DNA of 64,000 nucleotides from Candidatus Staskawiczbacteria bacterium (GTDB lineage: Bacteria > Patescibacteriota > Minisyncoccia > Minisyncoccales > Staskawiczbacteraceae). Under the pieces are notes generated by a model. It did no database searches. It had not been told where the DNA came from and worked only from the letters and a program-made list of their open reading frames with translations. Every line of letters starts with the position of its first letter. Positions within the stretch are counted from its first letter, which is position 1. The stretch covers positions 1,299 to 65,298 of the forward strand of contig JAPLYZ010000012.1 in NCBI GenBank assembly GCA_026395295.1. Direction: 5' to 3'. The position numbers were made by a program, and so were the translations under genes. Below are positions 8,799-16,833 of this stretch, piece by piece.

Positions 8799-10001
8799 AT
8801 GAATTTTAAGATATTAAAAAAATCAAAAATCAGCAGGGCCAGGTTGGGTTTTTTGGAAACAGAGCACGGAGTTGTTGAAACCCCGTGTTTAGTTCCTGTG
8901 GCGACTCAGGCAGTTGTAAAAACATTAGACAGCAAAGAGGTTGAGGAAACTAAATCCCAAATTTTAATTTCCAACACTTTTTGGTTGCATTTGAGGCCAG
9001 GGGAGAAAGTCGTGGAGAAGGCAGGCAAGTTGCATAAGTTTATGAATTGGAAGAAACCGCTGATGACTGACTCGGGCGGTTACCAGGTTTTTTCTTTGGG
9101 CTTTGGCAGAGATTTTGGCTTAGGAAGTAAATTGGCGCTCGGCAACGAAATTTTTTCTCGCCTCGACCCGTCTGCTGACGGTGCCCACTCGTCTCGAAAA
9201 AACTTGTTGCCTCGCGCCATGGAGATAAAAGCGGGAGCGCAGCCGCAAAATTTAATAATTAATAGCGATGGCGTGGTCTTTCGTTCGCCCATAAATGGCG
9301 ATGAATTATTCTTGGGCCCCAAGGAATCAATAAAAATACAGGAAAAACTGGGAGCAGATATTATTTTTGCTTTTGATGAATGTACGCCCCCTATGGCTGA
9401 TTTTGATTATGTTAAAAAATCGTTAGAAAAAACTCATAATTGGGCAAAAATTTGTTTGAAAGCAAAAAAAACGAAGCAAGCGCTTTATGGAATTGTTCAA
9501 GGTTCAAGGTTTAAGGATTTAAGGGTTGAAAGCGCAAAATTTATCGGTGGATTAAATTTTGATGGTTTTGGGATTGGTGGAGAGTTTGGCAACAGTAAGA
9601 AAGAAATGAGCCAAATGTTGCAATGGGTTGCAGACGAACTGCCGGAAAAGAAGCCTCGACACCTCTTAGGGGTCGGTTATTTAGAAGACATGGAAGCAAT
9701 AATAAAATCCGGCGTTGACACTTTTGACTGCACCGTTCCAACTCACTATGCAAGGCGCGGGATTGCTTTTACCTCTGAGGGGAAACTGAATTTAAAACAG
9801 ACAAAATTTTTGAAAAAAATAGAGCCATTAGATAAAAATTGCGTTTGCAATGTGTGTTTAAATTACAAAAAAGATTATATATGCCATTTGCTGAAAGCGG
9901 GGGAGATAACCGGCATGAAACTTTTAACTTTTCATAATCTTTGGTATTTTAATACATTTGTTGAAGAGATAAGAAATAAAATAAAAAAAGGGGAGATATA
10001 A
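8799..10001 (+). CDS. tgt: queuine tRNA-ribosyltransferase (tRNA-guanine transglycosylase)
   Basis: TDSGGYQVFSL active-site block, FDECTPP, GIGGEFG, and a zinc site CVCNVC...H. Contains an in-frame repeat insertion at 9136-9216. Confidence 0.9.
   Translation: MNFKILKKSKISRARLGFLETEHGVVETPCLVPVATQAVVKTLDSKEVEETKSQILISNTFWLHLRPGEKVVEKAGKLHKFMNWKKPLMTDSGGYQVFSLGFGRDFGLGSKLALGNEIFSRLDPSADGAHSSRKNLLPRAMEIKAGAQPQNLIINSDGVVFRSPINGDELFLGPKESIKIQEKLGADIIFAFDECTPPMADFDYVKKSLEKTHNWAKICLKAKKTKQALYGIVQGSRFKDLRVESAKFIGGLNFDGFGIGGEFGNSKKEMSQMLQWVADELPEKKPRHLLGVGYLEDMEAIIKSGVDTFDCTVPTHYARRGIAFTSEGKLNLKQTKFLKKIEPLDKNCVCNVCLNYKKDYICHLLKAGEITGMKLLTFHNLWYFNTFVEEIRNKIKKGEI
9136..9216. repeat. CGCTCGG...CCTCGC palindromic element (family 2) inserted in frame in tgt
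   Basis: cgctcggcaacgaaattttttctcgc...aaaaaacttgttgcctcgcg is colinear with the intergenic element at 60289-60373. It is 81 nt (27 codons) and encodes ALGNEIFSRLDPSADGAHSSRKNLLPR. Confidence 0.75.
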
Positions 10002-10034
10002 ACCCCGTCATCCCGTCATTCGACGGGGCAAGAG

Positions 10035-10081
10035 TTATCCACAAGCGTGCTATTGACACGCTTTTTTATTAGTAATAAAAT
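10035..10081 (+). promoter_or_regulatory. candidate promoter of the fur-family gene with upstream TTATCCACA (DnaA-box consensus) motif
   Basis: TTATCCACA at 10035-10043, TTGACA at 10053-10058, 17-nt spacer, TAAAAT at 10076-10081. The near-palindrome aataattatcatt (10091-10103) just downstream resembles a Fur/PerR box. Confidence 0.45.
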
Positions 10082-10110
10082 GTATTAAGGAATAATTATC
10101 ATTAAGAAAC

Positions 10111-10158
10111 GCGCTGGCAGACGAAAGTTTTAGGGACAAACAAATCGTCTGCCAGCGC
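10111..10158. repeat. 14-bp perfect GC-rich hairpin in the fur leader
   Basis: gcgctggcagacga (10111-10124) pairs with tcgtctgccagcgc (10145-10158) around a 20-nt loop, 8 nt upstream of the start codon. Confidence 0.8.
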
Positions 10159-10166
10159 GTAAAAAA

Positions 10167-10571
10167 ATGTCTAAAGCAATTAAAGAAAGAATGACGGCGC
10201 AAAAGAGTTTTATATTTGGCTATTTAAAAAGCGTTAAAACCCACCCGTCAGCGGAAACTGTTTATAATGAGGTCAAGAAAAGACTACCCAACATCAGCCA
10301 GGGCACAGTTTATAGAGTTCTGAATAATTTTAAAGAAAAGGGGAGTATCCAGGCAATTGATACAAAAGATACAGTTCACTTTGACGCTGACATATCAGAC
10401 CACGCGCATTTTATATGTGAAACCTGCGGGAGTGTTTTTGACGTAATAGAAGAATGCTCCAAATGCGGAGTTCTAAAAAACAAAAAAACAAAGGTCGGCT
10501 CAATTAATAAGTATCAAATAAAATTTTATGGAATTTGCAAAAAATGCAGAAAACAAGTTTGTTCACACTGA
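10167..10571 (+). CDS. Fur family transcriptional regulator (Fur/PerR/Zur-like)
   Basis: wHTH (PSAETVYNEVKKRLPNISQGTVYRVLN), HFICETCG and a C-terminal CxxC pair. Confidence 0.85.
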   Translation: MSKAIKERMTAQKSFIFGYLKSVKTHPSAETVYNEVKKRLPNISQGTVYRVLNNFKEKGSIQAIDTKDTVHFDADISDHAHFICETCGSVFDVIEECSKCGVLKNKKTKVGSINKYQIKFYGICKKCRKQVCSH

Positions 10572-10848
10572 GCAGGAGTCGAAGTGCTACGATTGCAAGA
10601 AAGAAATTTTGATTAATGGAGAATCTATTGAAAATGGGGTATATCTTAGCTATGACAATGCGGGCAAGAAAATAAACATTTTTAAGTGTAATGATTGCTA
10701 TGAGAAGAATCCGGCGCTTACAAATTTTCAGGAGTGCGAAGTTTATTCCAGAGTTGTAGGCTACATAAGGCCGGTGCAACAATGGCATAAAGGGAAAAAA
10801 CAAGAATATGGAGAGCGAGAAGAGTTTAAAATAAAATTAGAAAGTTAA
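10528..10848 (+). CDS. stand-alone NrdD C-terminal-like protein (Zn ribbon plus glycyl-radical motif)
   Basis: CYDC...x28...CNDC followed by SRVVGYIRPVQQWHKGKKQEYGEREEF. This matches the class III RNR C-terminus (RxxGY...WNxGKxxE). It is the only in-frame start and overlaps the fur-family stop by 44 nt. Confidence 0.55.
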   Translation: MEFAKNAENKFVHTEQESKCYDCKKEILINGESIENGVYLSYDNAGKKINIFKCNDCYEKNPALTNFQECEVYSRVVGYIRPVQQWHKGKKQEYGEREEFKIKLES

Positions 10849-10869
10849 AATTAATGTCCCTAATAAAAA

Positions 10870-11040
10870 ATGAAATACGCAACACAAAAAATTAAAACAG
10901 AAAGCGGGCAGTGCAGTATTTGCTCAGCCAAATTTGAAGTCTGGTTGGACAATTCAAAGCTGGACGATGAAAGGAAAGAAAAAATAGGAGAGAAATTATT
11001 GAGTTATTGTCCTGTTTGTTCAAGATCCAGCGAGAAATAA
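10870..11040 (+). CDS. small zinc-ribbon protein (56 aa, below the ORF-track cutoff)
   Basis: Hand-translated MKYATQKIKTESGQCSICSAKFEVWLDNSKLDDERKEKIGEKLLSYCPVCSRSSEK, with CxxC...CxxC. Fills the gap between the NrdD-like gene and sod. Confidence 0.45.
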   Translation: MKYATQKIKTESGQCSICSAKFEVWLDNSKLDDERKEKIGEKLLSYCPVCSRSSEK

Positions 11041-11053
11041 TAAATAAAAATTT

Positions 11054-11659
11054 ATGGAAAAATACAAATTACCAAGTTTGCCATACGGGTATAAAGACTT
11101 AGAGCCCTATATGTCGGAAGAAGTTTTGACTCTGCACCACGACAAGCACCATGCAGCCTATGTTAATGCTGCTAACGCTTTGCTGGAAAAAATTCAGGAC
11201 GCCAGGCAAAATGACACAGGGTTAGATTACAAGTCGGTTTTGAAATCACTGTCTTTTAATGTGGCAGGTCATATCTTGCATGAAACATTTTGGCAGGTAA
11301 TGGCCCCGTCATCCGACGGGGCTGGCGCCCCCGAGAAAAAGGGAAAATTGTTGAAAGAAATAGAAAAAGAGTTTGGCAGTTTTGAGAGGTTTAAGACAGA
11401 ATTTTCCGAAACAGCAAAATCAGTTGAGGGTTCAGGCTGGGCGATTTTAGCGCATCACAAAGAGCACGGTGCTCTGGCAATAATGCAAGTGGAGAAACAC
11501 AATGTAAATTTTTATCCCGAGCAGAAAATTTTGTTATGTTTAGACGTTTGGGAACACGCATATTATTTAGATTACAAAAACGACCGGGCAAAATTCATAG
11601 AAAATTGGTGGAACATCGTCAACTGGAAAGAAGTGGAGAAGCGATTTATGGGCGAGTAA
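11054..11659 (+). CDS. Fe/Mn superoxide dismutase
   Basis: LPYGYKDLEPYMS, HHDKHH, and the DVWEHAYYLDYKN metal-ligand block. Carries an in-frame hairpin insert at 11303-11322. Confidence 0.9.
   Translation: MEKYKLPSLPYGYKDLEPYMSEEVLTLHHDKHHAAYVNAANALLEKIQDARQNDTGLDYKSVLKSLSFNVAGHILHETFWQVMAPSSDGAGAPEKKGKLLKEIEKEFGSFERFKTEFSETAKSVEGSGWAILAHHKEHGALAIMQVEKHNVNFYPEQKILLCLDVWEHAYYLDYKNDRAKFIENWWNIVNWKEVEKRFMGE
11303..11322. repeat. GC-rich hairpin (ccccgtc...gacgggg type) in frame in sod
   Basis: gccccgtc-atcc-gacggggc, encoding APSSDGAG. The same stem occurs at 10003-10028. Confidence 0.75.
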
Positions 11660-11764
11660 TCGGTAATTGGCAAAAGCGGTCCCCTGGACCGCTTTTAAGT
11701 TTGCTTTTTGGGGCGGTAAAGTGTTAAAATAATTTAATAGCTTAAAATTAAAAATTTGTAGTTT

Positions 11765-12427
11765 ATGATAACGCTAAACGATGTTAAAAATAGTCCGCAG
11801 GTTGTAAATTTTATAAATCAGACCGAGCGAGCCATGACTGCTTTGCATTATACCAACCATGGACTTCGGCACACTAATTTGGTTGCCGAGAGAGCAAGCC
11901 AAATTGCAAAGGGGATTGGCTTGTCCCAAAGAGAAGCCGAACTGGCTTCAATCGCCGGATTTTGTCATGACATGGGAAATTTTATGACAAGAACATTTCA
12001 CCATTATTATGCCGCTCTGCTTTTTCACCAGATATTTCAACACGAGTTTGAGCCGGAAGAAATTTCTACAGTGATGCAAGCAATTGCTAACCATGACAAA
12101 GAGGAGATGAATTTTTCCCACTCGGTTTCATCTGTGCTTGTTTTAGCTGACAAATCGGACGTGAACAGGACAAGAGTAACTGAAAAAGATATAAACAAAA
12201 TAAAATTAGACATCCATGACAAAGTAAATTACGCTACAACAGAAAGCAATTTGAAAATTGATAAAACTAAAAAAAGAATAACGTTGACTTTAAAAATTGA
12301 TACGAATTTCTGTCCCATAATGGAGTATTTCGAAATTTTTACAGAAAGAATGGTTTTTTGCAGAAAAGCGGCTGAATTTTTGGGATATGAGTTTGGTTTA
12401 GTAATTAACAAATTTAGGTTGTTATGA
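11765..12427 (+). CDS. HD domain phosphohydrolase
   Basis: HGLRHT...AGFCHDMGN (H...HD signature). Confidence 0.7.
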   Translation: MITLNDVKNSPQVVNFINQTERAMTALHYTNHGLRHTNLVAERASQIAKGIGLSQREAELASIAGFCHDMGNFMTRTFHHYYAALLFHQIFQHEFEPEEISTVMQAIANHDKEEMNFSHSVSSVLVLADKSDVNRTRVTEKDINKIKLDIHDKVNYATTESNLKIDKTKKRITLTLKIDTNFCPIMEYFEIFTERMVFCRKAAEFLGYEFGLVINKFRLL

Positions 12428-12894
12428 TAGGCAGAGAGTTTTATGTTATTTGCGATAATATAAGAAGCCTAGAGAATATAGGGTCAATTTTCAGGACATC
12501 GGACGCGCTTGGGGTTGATAAAATATATCTGTGCGGAATATCAGGGCGTCCACCACATCACAAAATTTCTAAAACCGCGCTAGGAGCAGAAGAAACAGTC
12601 CAATTTGAATATCACAGACAAATAGGGCGGTTGATTGATAAATTAAAAAAAGATAAAATTATAATTGTGGCATTGGAGCAGGGCAAAAGAGCGATTGATT
12701 ACAGAGAATTTAAACCAAAGTTTCCACTGGCCTTAATAATTGGCAACGAGGTTAAAGGAATTTCTAAAAAAATTCTACAAAAATGCGACAAAATAATTTT
12801 TTTGCCTATGTCTGGCGCAAAAGAATCATTAAACGTATCTGTGGCCTTCGGCATCGCAGGCTACCACATAATTAATATCGCTCGCCCCGCTTAG
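12424..12894 (+). CDS. SpoU/TrmH family RNA 2'-O-methyltransferase
   Basis: NIGSIFRTSDALG, LIIGNEVKGIS and SLNVSVAFGIA motif blocks. The last codons and stop lie in a palindrome. Confidence 0.85.
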   Translation: MIGREFYVICDNIRSLENIGSIFRTSDALGVDKIYLCGISGRPPHHKISKTALGAEETVQFEYHRQIGRLIDKLKKDKIIIVALEQGKRAIDYREFKPKFPLALIIGNEVKGISKKILQKCDKIIFLPMSGAKESLNVSVAFGIAGYHIINIARPA

Positions 12895-12911
12895 CGGGGC
12901 TCGCAAAAAAA

Positions 12912-13145
12912 ATGACACAAAAAGAAATAGAGCTTGTACAATTCGCGCATTTATTCAATAATCCTTGGTTTGCTGTTTTGTTCGCGGTTTTAGCGGTGTG
13001 GGTGCTTGTCTGGAAGGGGATTGCCCTTTGGAAAGCGGCCAGAAACAATCACACTGCCTGGTTTGTTATTCTTCTGATTGCGAATACATTCGGAATTTTA
13101 GAGATCGTTTATATTTTCTTTTTCAGCAAAAAAGAGAAGAAATAA
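12912..13145 (+). CDS. small two-TM membrane protein (DUF5652-like)
   Basis: 77 aa with two hydrophobic helices (WKGIALWKAARNNHTAWFV). Family name is from memory only. Confidence 0.5.
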   Translation: MTQKEIELVQFAHLFNNPWFAVLFAVLAVWVLVWKGIALWKAARNNHTAWFVILLIANTFGILEIVYIFFFSKKEKK

Positions 13146-13167
13146 ATAATTATAAAAACAAGGCAAT

Positions 13168-14103
13168 ATGGATATATTCCAAATTTTGGTTGTAGTATTT
13201 GGCTTGTGTCTTTTTGAGGTTATTTCCAGCGTTGATAACGCAATTATAAATGCGCATGTTTTGAAAACCTTGCCGGAAAAATACAGGAAGATTTTTCTGA
13301 CTTTCGGACTTTTAGTGGCAGTTGTTTTTGTCAGGGGGTTGTTGCCGTTTTTGATTGTTTGGCTGGCTAATCCAAGTTTTTCCCTTTCTCAGGTGGTAGG
13401 TTTTGTTTTTCATCCAACAGCCGAAATTAACGCCTACATAGAAAAGTCTCAGGCACTCTTGCTTCTGGCCGGCGGAGTTTATTTGTTTTTTGTTTTTTTA
13501 AGCTGGCTTTTTATGGAAGAGAAAAAATATGCTTTTTTGGTGGAAGAGTTCATACACAGGCAATCTGTCTGGTTCTATGCTTTTGCCTCTTTGTTTTTTA
13601 CAGCTGTAATTTATTTTTCCATAAAAGTAAATCCAATTTTAGCATTGTCAGCTGCCATTGGTTCTATGGCTTTTTTTATTACTGACGGTTTTAAAAGAAA
13701 TGCGGAGGAAAAAGAAAAAGAAATTTTGGGCAGCCATATATCGGCGTGGAGCAAAATTTTATATTTAGAAGTCTTAGATGCTACCTTTTCAATAGACGGA
13801 GTTATCGGAGCATTTGCTTTTACAATGTCAGTTCCTCTGATATTTTTGGGAAATGGCTTGGGAGCCTACATAGTCAGGGAATTCACGGTTAAAGGAACAA
13901 ATGTAATCGCAAAATTTGCTTATTTAAAAAACGGAGCAATGTATTCCATTGGATTTTTGGGGGCTATTATGGTTTTGGAAGCTTTCGGCAAAAATTTCCC
14001 GTTTTGGTTAGCCCCCCTAAACACAACCTTGCTTTTGGTTATCTTTATGGGGCTTTCTCTCAGAGAACTGCGCGACGCAAATCGGAAAAGGGAAGTTCGT
14101 TGA
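13168..14103 (+). CDS. DUF475/TerC-related integral membrane protein
   Basis: Multi-TM protein with the N-terminal EVISSVDNAIINA motif typical of the DUF475 (TerC superfamily). Confidence 0.65.
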   Translation: MDIFQILVVVFGLCLFEVISSVDNAIINAHVLKTLPEKYRKIFLTFGLLVAVVFVRGLLPFLIVWLANPSFSLSQVVGFVFHPTAEINAYIEKSQALLLLAGGVYLFFVFLSWLFMEEKKYAFLVEEFIHRQSVWFYAFASLFFTAVIYFSIKVNPILALSAAIGSMAFFITDGFKRNAEEKEKEILGSHISAWSKILYLEVLDATFSIDGVIGAFAFTMSVPLIFLGNGLGAYIVREFTVKGTNVIAKFAYLKNGAMYSIGFLGAIMVLEAFGKNFPFWLAPLNTTLLLVIFMGLSLRELRDANRKREVR

Positions 14104-14207
14104 CAGATTATGCTTCACTGTGGTAATATCTAATTATAAAATCGGCACCTTAAAAAATAAGTTAAGGAATTCTACCGAGCGAGAGAACAGTCAAAGAAAA
14201 TAAACTT

Positions 14208-14471
14208 ATGGGAGCTTTATCAGTCGCGCGTCTGGGTGATGGTTATGTCGCCAGAGGAATCATCACGGATCCATCTGAATTAAGTAAGGTAGTACAACTG
14301 CTTCAGGAGGTTCCTCCTGGCAGTTTCGAAATTGATTTGACGATAACCAAGCAGGGTGCGCCAGCTTTTCCGGATATCCGAGAGGAACCAAAGGCTAGCG
14401 TTCTGCACGATTTTGGCTGCCAGCCAAGGCGAACTTCTTTCGATCTGCGGGGTGTTGACGAGGGCATCTGA
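14208..14471 (+). CDS. hypothetical protein (higher-GC islet gene)
   Basis: 87-aa ORF in a short GC-elevated patch, followed by a good terminator. An antisense ORF (14303-14500) is the alternative reading. No family recognised. Confidence 0.4.
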   Translation: MGALSVARLGDGYVARGIITDPSELSKVVQLLQEVPPGSFEIDLTITKQGAPAFPDIREEPKASVLHDFGCQPRRTSFDLRGVDEGI

Positions 14472-14489
14472 TGTGAATGCGAGTAGTTA

Positions 14490-14519
14490 AGGGTTACCAC
14501 AAGGTAGCCTTCTTTTTTT
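14490..14519 (+). terminator. intrinsic terminator
   Basis: agggttacc-acaa-ggtagcctt stem followed by ctttttttg. Confidence 0.65.
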
Positions 14520-14531
14520 GTATTACGCCTC

Positions 14532-14563
14532 GGTAAAAACTACGCCATGGCGTAGTTTTTACC
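14532..14563. repeat. perfect 32-nt palindrome upstream of the isc promoter
   Basis: ggtaaaaactacgcc|atggcgtagtttttacc, perfectly self-complementary around a central ccatgg. Confidence 0.85.
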
Positions 14564-14570
14564 ACGGGTG

Positions 14571-14599
14571 TTGACAACGGTTGTTATTTTTAATATACT
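14571..14599 (+). promoter_or_regulatory. candidate promoter of the Rrf2-iscS-iscU operon
   Basis: TTGACA (14571-14576), 17-nt spacer, TATACT (14594-14599). Confidence 0.45.
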
Positions 14600-14675
14600 G
14601 GAGGAACACAGACTAAATTTGTCGGTTATGCGATACAGGAACTTGAAAAAATAAGATTATAAGGATTTAAAAAAT

Positions 14676-15062
14676 ATGAAAATTTCAAAGAAAGCTGAAT
14701 ATGGTTTGACCGCAATGATTCATTTGGCAAAGAATAAAAATAAAAAAGCAGTTTCAATAAGAGAAATCTCCAACATTGAAGCTGTGCCTTTTGAATTTTT
14801 GAGCAAGATTTTCTCAGTGTTGGAAAAAGCAAAATTGGTCACAGCAAAACACGGCGCGAATGGCGGTTATATTTTGGCAAAAGCTCCACAAAGAATTAGC
14901 GCCAACGATGTTGTTTCTGTTTTGGAAACAAATAAGCAGGGGGCTGACTGCGCTTTGTGCAGCAGAAAAAGAAAATGTCTAACCAAAACTGTCTGGGCAA
15001 AAGTGGAAAAAGCTTTACATAAAACTTTAAGCGAAATAACATTAGCAAATTTGATAAAATGA
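14676..15062 (+). CDS. Rrf2 family transcriptional regulator (IscR-like)
   Basis: MKISKKAEYGLTAMIHLA... wHTH of the Rrf2 family, with Cys residues (CALCSRKRKC). First gene of the Fe-S cluster operon. Confidence 0.85.
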   Translation: MKISKKAEYGLTAMIHLAKNKNKKAVSIREISNIEAVPFEFLSKIFSVLEKAKLVTAKHGANGGYILAKAPQRISANDVVSVLETNKQGADCALCSRKRKCLTKTVWAKVEKALHKTLSEITLANLIK

Positions 15063-16237
15063 AAAGAATATATTTTGATTATGCCGCCACAACACCTGTT
15101 GATAAAAGAGTTTTAAAAGAGATGGAGCCATATTTTTCAGAGAAATTTGGCAATACCATGTCTTTGCACTCTTTTGGACAGGAAGCAAAATTAGCCCTAG
15201 ACCAATCAAGGCAGGTTTTGGCTGATTTAATTAATGCCAAACCAAACGAAATAATTTTTACAAGTTCTGCCACAGAAAGCAATAATCTTGCCTTGAAGGG
15301 CGTGGCATTGGCTACCAGGAAACTGGATTCCCGTTTTCACGGGAATGACAATGCGCACATTGTAATTTCTTCCATAGAACATCCATGTATTATGGAGTCG
15401 GCAAAGTGGCTGGCTAAGAATGGATTTGAAATTACGAAATTACCGGTTGATAAATATGGGCGGGTGAATCCAAAGGATGTTGAGAGGGCAATTACAGAAA
15501 AAACCATTCTGGTTTCTGTTATGCACGCCTCTAACGAAATAGGCACAATTGAGCCAATTGAAGAAATTGGGAAAATTTGCCGGCAGAAAGGGGTTTATTT
15601 TCACACAGACGCCTCGCAATCATTTGGGAAAATTCCAATTGACGTTGAGGAGATGAATATAGATTTGCTGACTGCCAGCTCTCACAAAATGTACGGGCCC
15701 AAAGGAGCAGGTCTTTTGTATGTCCGTAACGGAGTGAAAATTGAGCCGATTTTGCATGGAGGAGGGCAAGAAAATGGAATGAGGAGTTCAACAGTAAATG
15801 TTCCGGCAATTGTCGGTTTTGCCAAAGCCACTGAAATTTGTAAGGCAGAAATGAAGAGGGAAGGGGTGAGATTGGCAAAACTAAGAGACAAATTAATTAA
15901 AGGAGTTTTAAAAATAAAAGGCGCAAAATTAAACGGAGACCCCAGAAATAGATTGCCAAACAATATCAACGTTTCTTTTCCTTCAATAGAAGGGGAGTCG
16001 TTGATTATTCATTTGGACTTATATGGAATTGCCTGTTCAACGGGATCAGCTTGCTCATCGGCAAAATTAGAGCCAAGCTATGTGCTTTTGGCTATTGGGC
16101 TTAAACCAGAGGAGGCTCATGGGTCTTTGCGGATTTCTTTAGGCAGACAAACAACCGAGAAGGAAATAGGGTATTTTTTAAAAGTTTTGCCAAAAATTGT
16201 TGAAAAATTAAAAAAAATGTCCCCGTTTAAATTATGA
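15059..16237 (+). CDS. iscS: cysteine desulfurase (NifS/IscS type)
   Basis: PLP-lysine block SSHKMYGPKG and catalytic-loop GSACSS. Adjacent to the IscU scaffold. In-frame repeat at 15323-15350. Confidence 0.9.
   Translation: MKRIYFDYAATTPVDKRVLKEMEPYFSEKFGNTMSLHSFGQEAKLALDQSRQVLADLINAKPNEIIFTSSATESNNLALKGVALATRKLDSRFHGNDNAHIVISSIEHPCIMESAKWLAKNGFEITKLPVDKYGRVNPKDVERAITEKTILVSVMHASNEIGTIEPIEEIGKICRQKGVYFHTDASQSFGKIPIDVEEMNIDLLTASSHKMYGPKGAGLLYVRNGVKIEPILHGGGQENGMRSSTVNVPAIVGFAKATEICKAEMKREGVRLAKLRDKLIKGVLKIKGAKLNGDPRNRLPNNINVSFPSIEGESLIIHLDLYGIACSTGSACSSAKLEPSYVLLAIGLKPEEAHGSLRISLGRQTTEKEIGYFLKVLPKIVEKLKKMSPFKL
15323..15350. repeat. family-1 half element in frame in iscS
   Basis: ctggattcccgttttcacgggaatgaca, encoding LDSRFHGNDN. 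Confidence 0.8.
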
Positions 16238-16737
16238 AAAAAATAAATAACACTTGTTCAACTTTATATACGCCGAAAGTTATGGCGACTTTTAAGAATC
16301 CTCATAACTACGGAAAAATAAAAAATGCCTCGGGAATAGGCAAGGTGGGCAACATCGTCTGCGGAGACGTAATGTGGCTTTATATTAAAGTTGCTAAAAA
16401 TAAAAAAGGCCAGGATGTGATAAAAGATATAAAATTTGAAACTTTTGGATGTGTGGCGGCAATTTCAACCAGTTCTATTATTACAGACTTGGTGAAGGGA
16501 AAGACAATCAATGAGGCTTTGAAAGTTACAAAAGATAATGTAATTGAATCTTTGGGTGGTTTACCAAAAATAAAATATCACTGTTCTGTTTTGGCAGTGG
16601 ATGCTTTGATTGAAGCAGTTTATGATTACTTTTTGAAGACCGGACAAAAAATTCCCGCTGATTTAGAGAAAAAACATAAAATAATAAAAAAATCAAAAGA
16701 TATAATTGAGGAAAGATATAAAGGTTGGGATAAGTAA
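16234..16737 (+). CDS. iscU: Fe-S cluster assembly scaffold (IscU/NifU N-terminal type)
   Basis: CGDVMWLY, FGCVAAISTSS and LPKIKYHCSVLA three-Cys scaffold motifs. Confidence 0.85.
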   Translation: MKKINNTCSTLYTPKVMATFKNPHNYGKIKNASGIGKVGNIVCGDVMWLYIKVAKNKKGQDVIKDIKFETFGCVAAISTSSIITDLVKGKTINEALKVTKDNVIESLGGLPKIKYHCSVLAVDALIEAVYDYFLKTGQKIPADLEKKHKIIKKSKDIIEERYKGWDK

Positions 16738-16833
16738 AGGCTGGACAAAATAGGAAAATGAACTATGATTAAACGGAGATGCACGTTTTACGTGTAATTT
16801 CTCCGCTCTTTCAAAATTTTAAATTGGAGGCTT

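Noticed and set aside
10003-10028. Hairpin ccccgtc...gacgggg after tgt, considered as a Rho-independent terminator
   Set aside because: No T-tract follows. The stem is the same as the in-frame element in sod (11303-11322), so it is better explained as a copy of the GC-rich palindromic repeat. It may still pause or terminate transcription.
11536-11727. 63-aa ORF overlapping the 3' end of sod
   Set aside because: It is out of frame with a strongly conserved SOD C-terminus (DVWEHAYYLDYKN) and has no start context. It is a shadow ORF.
12965-13195. 76-aa ORF overlapping the DUF5652-like gene and the DUF475 start
   Set aside because: It is an alternative frame of a convincing two-TM protein. It is Cys/Arg-rich, reads as nonsense, and bridges two genes.
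14303-14500. Minus-strand 65-aa ORF antisense to 14208-14471
   Set aside because: A plus-strand terminator with a T-tract sits at 14490-14519 and the plus-strand ORF is longer. However, neither reading has homology support, so confidence in the plus-strand call is only 0.4.
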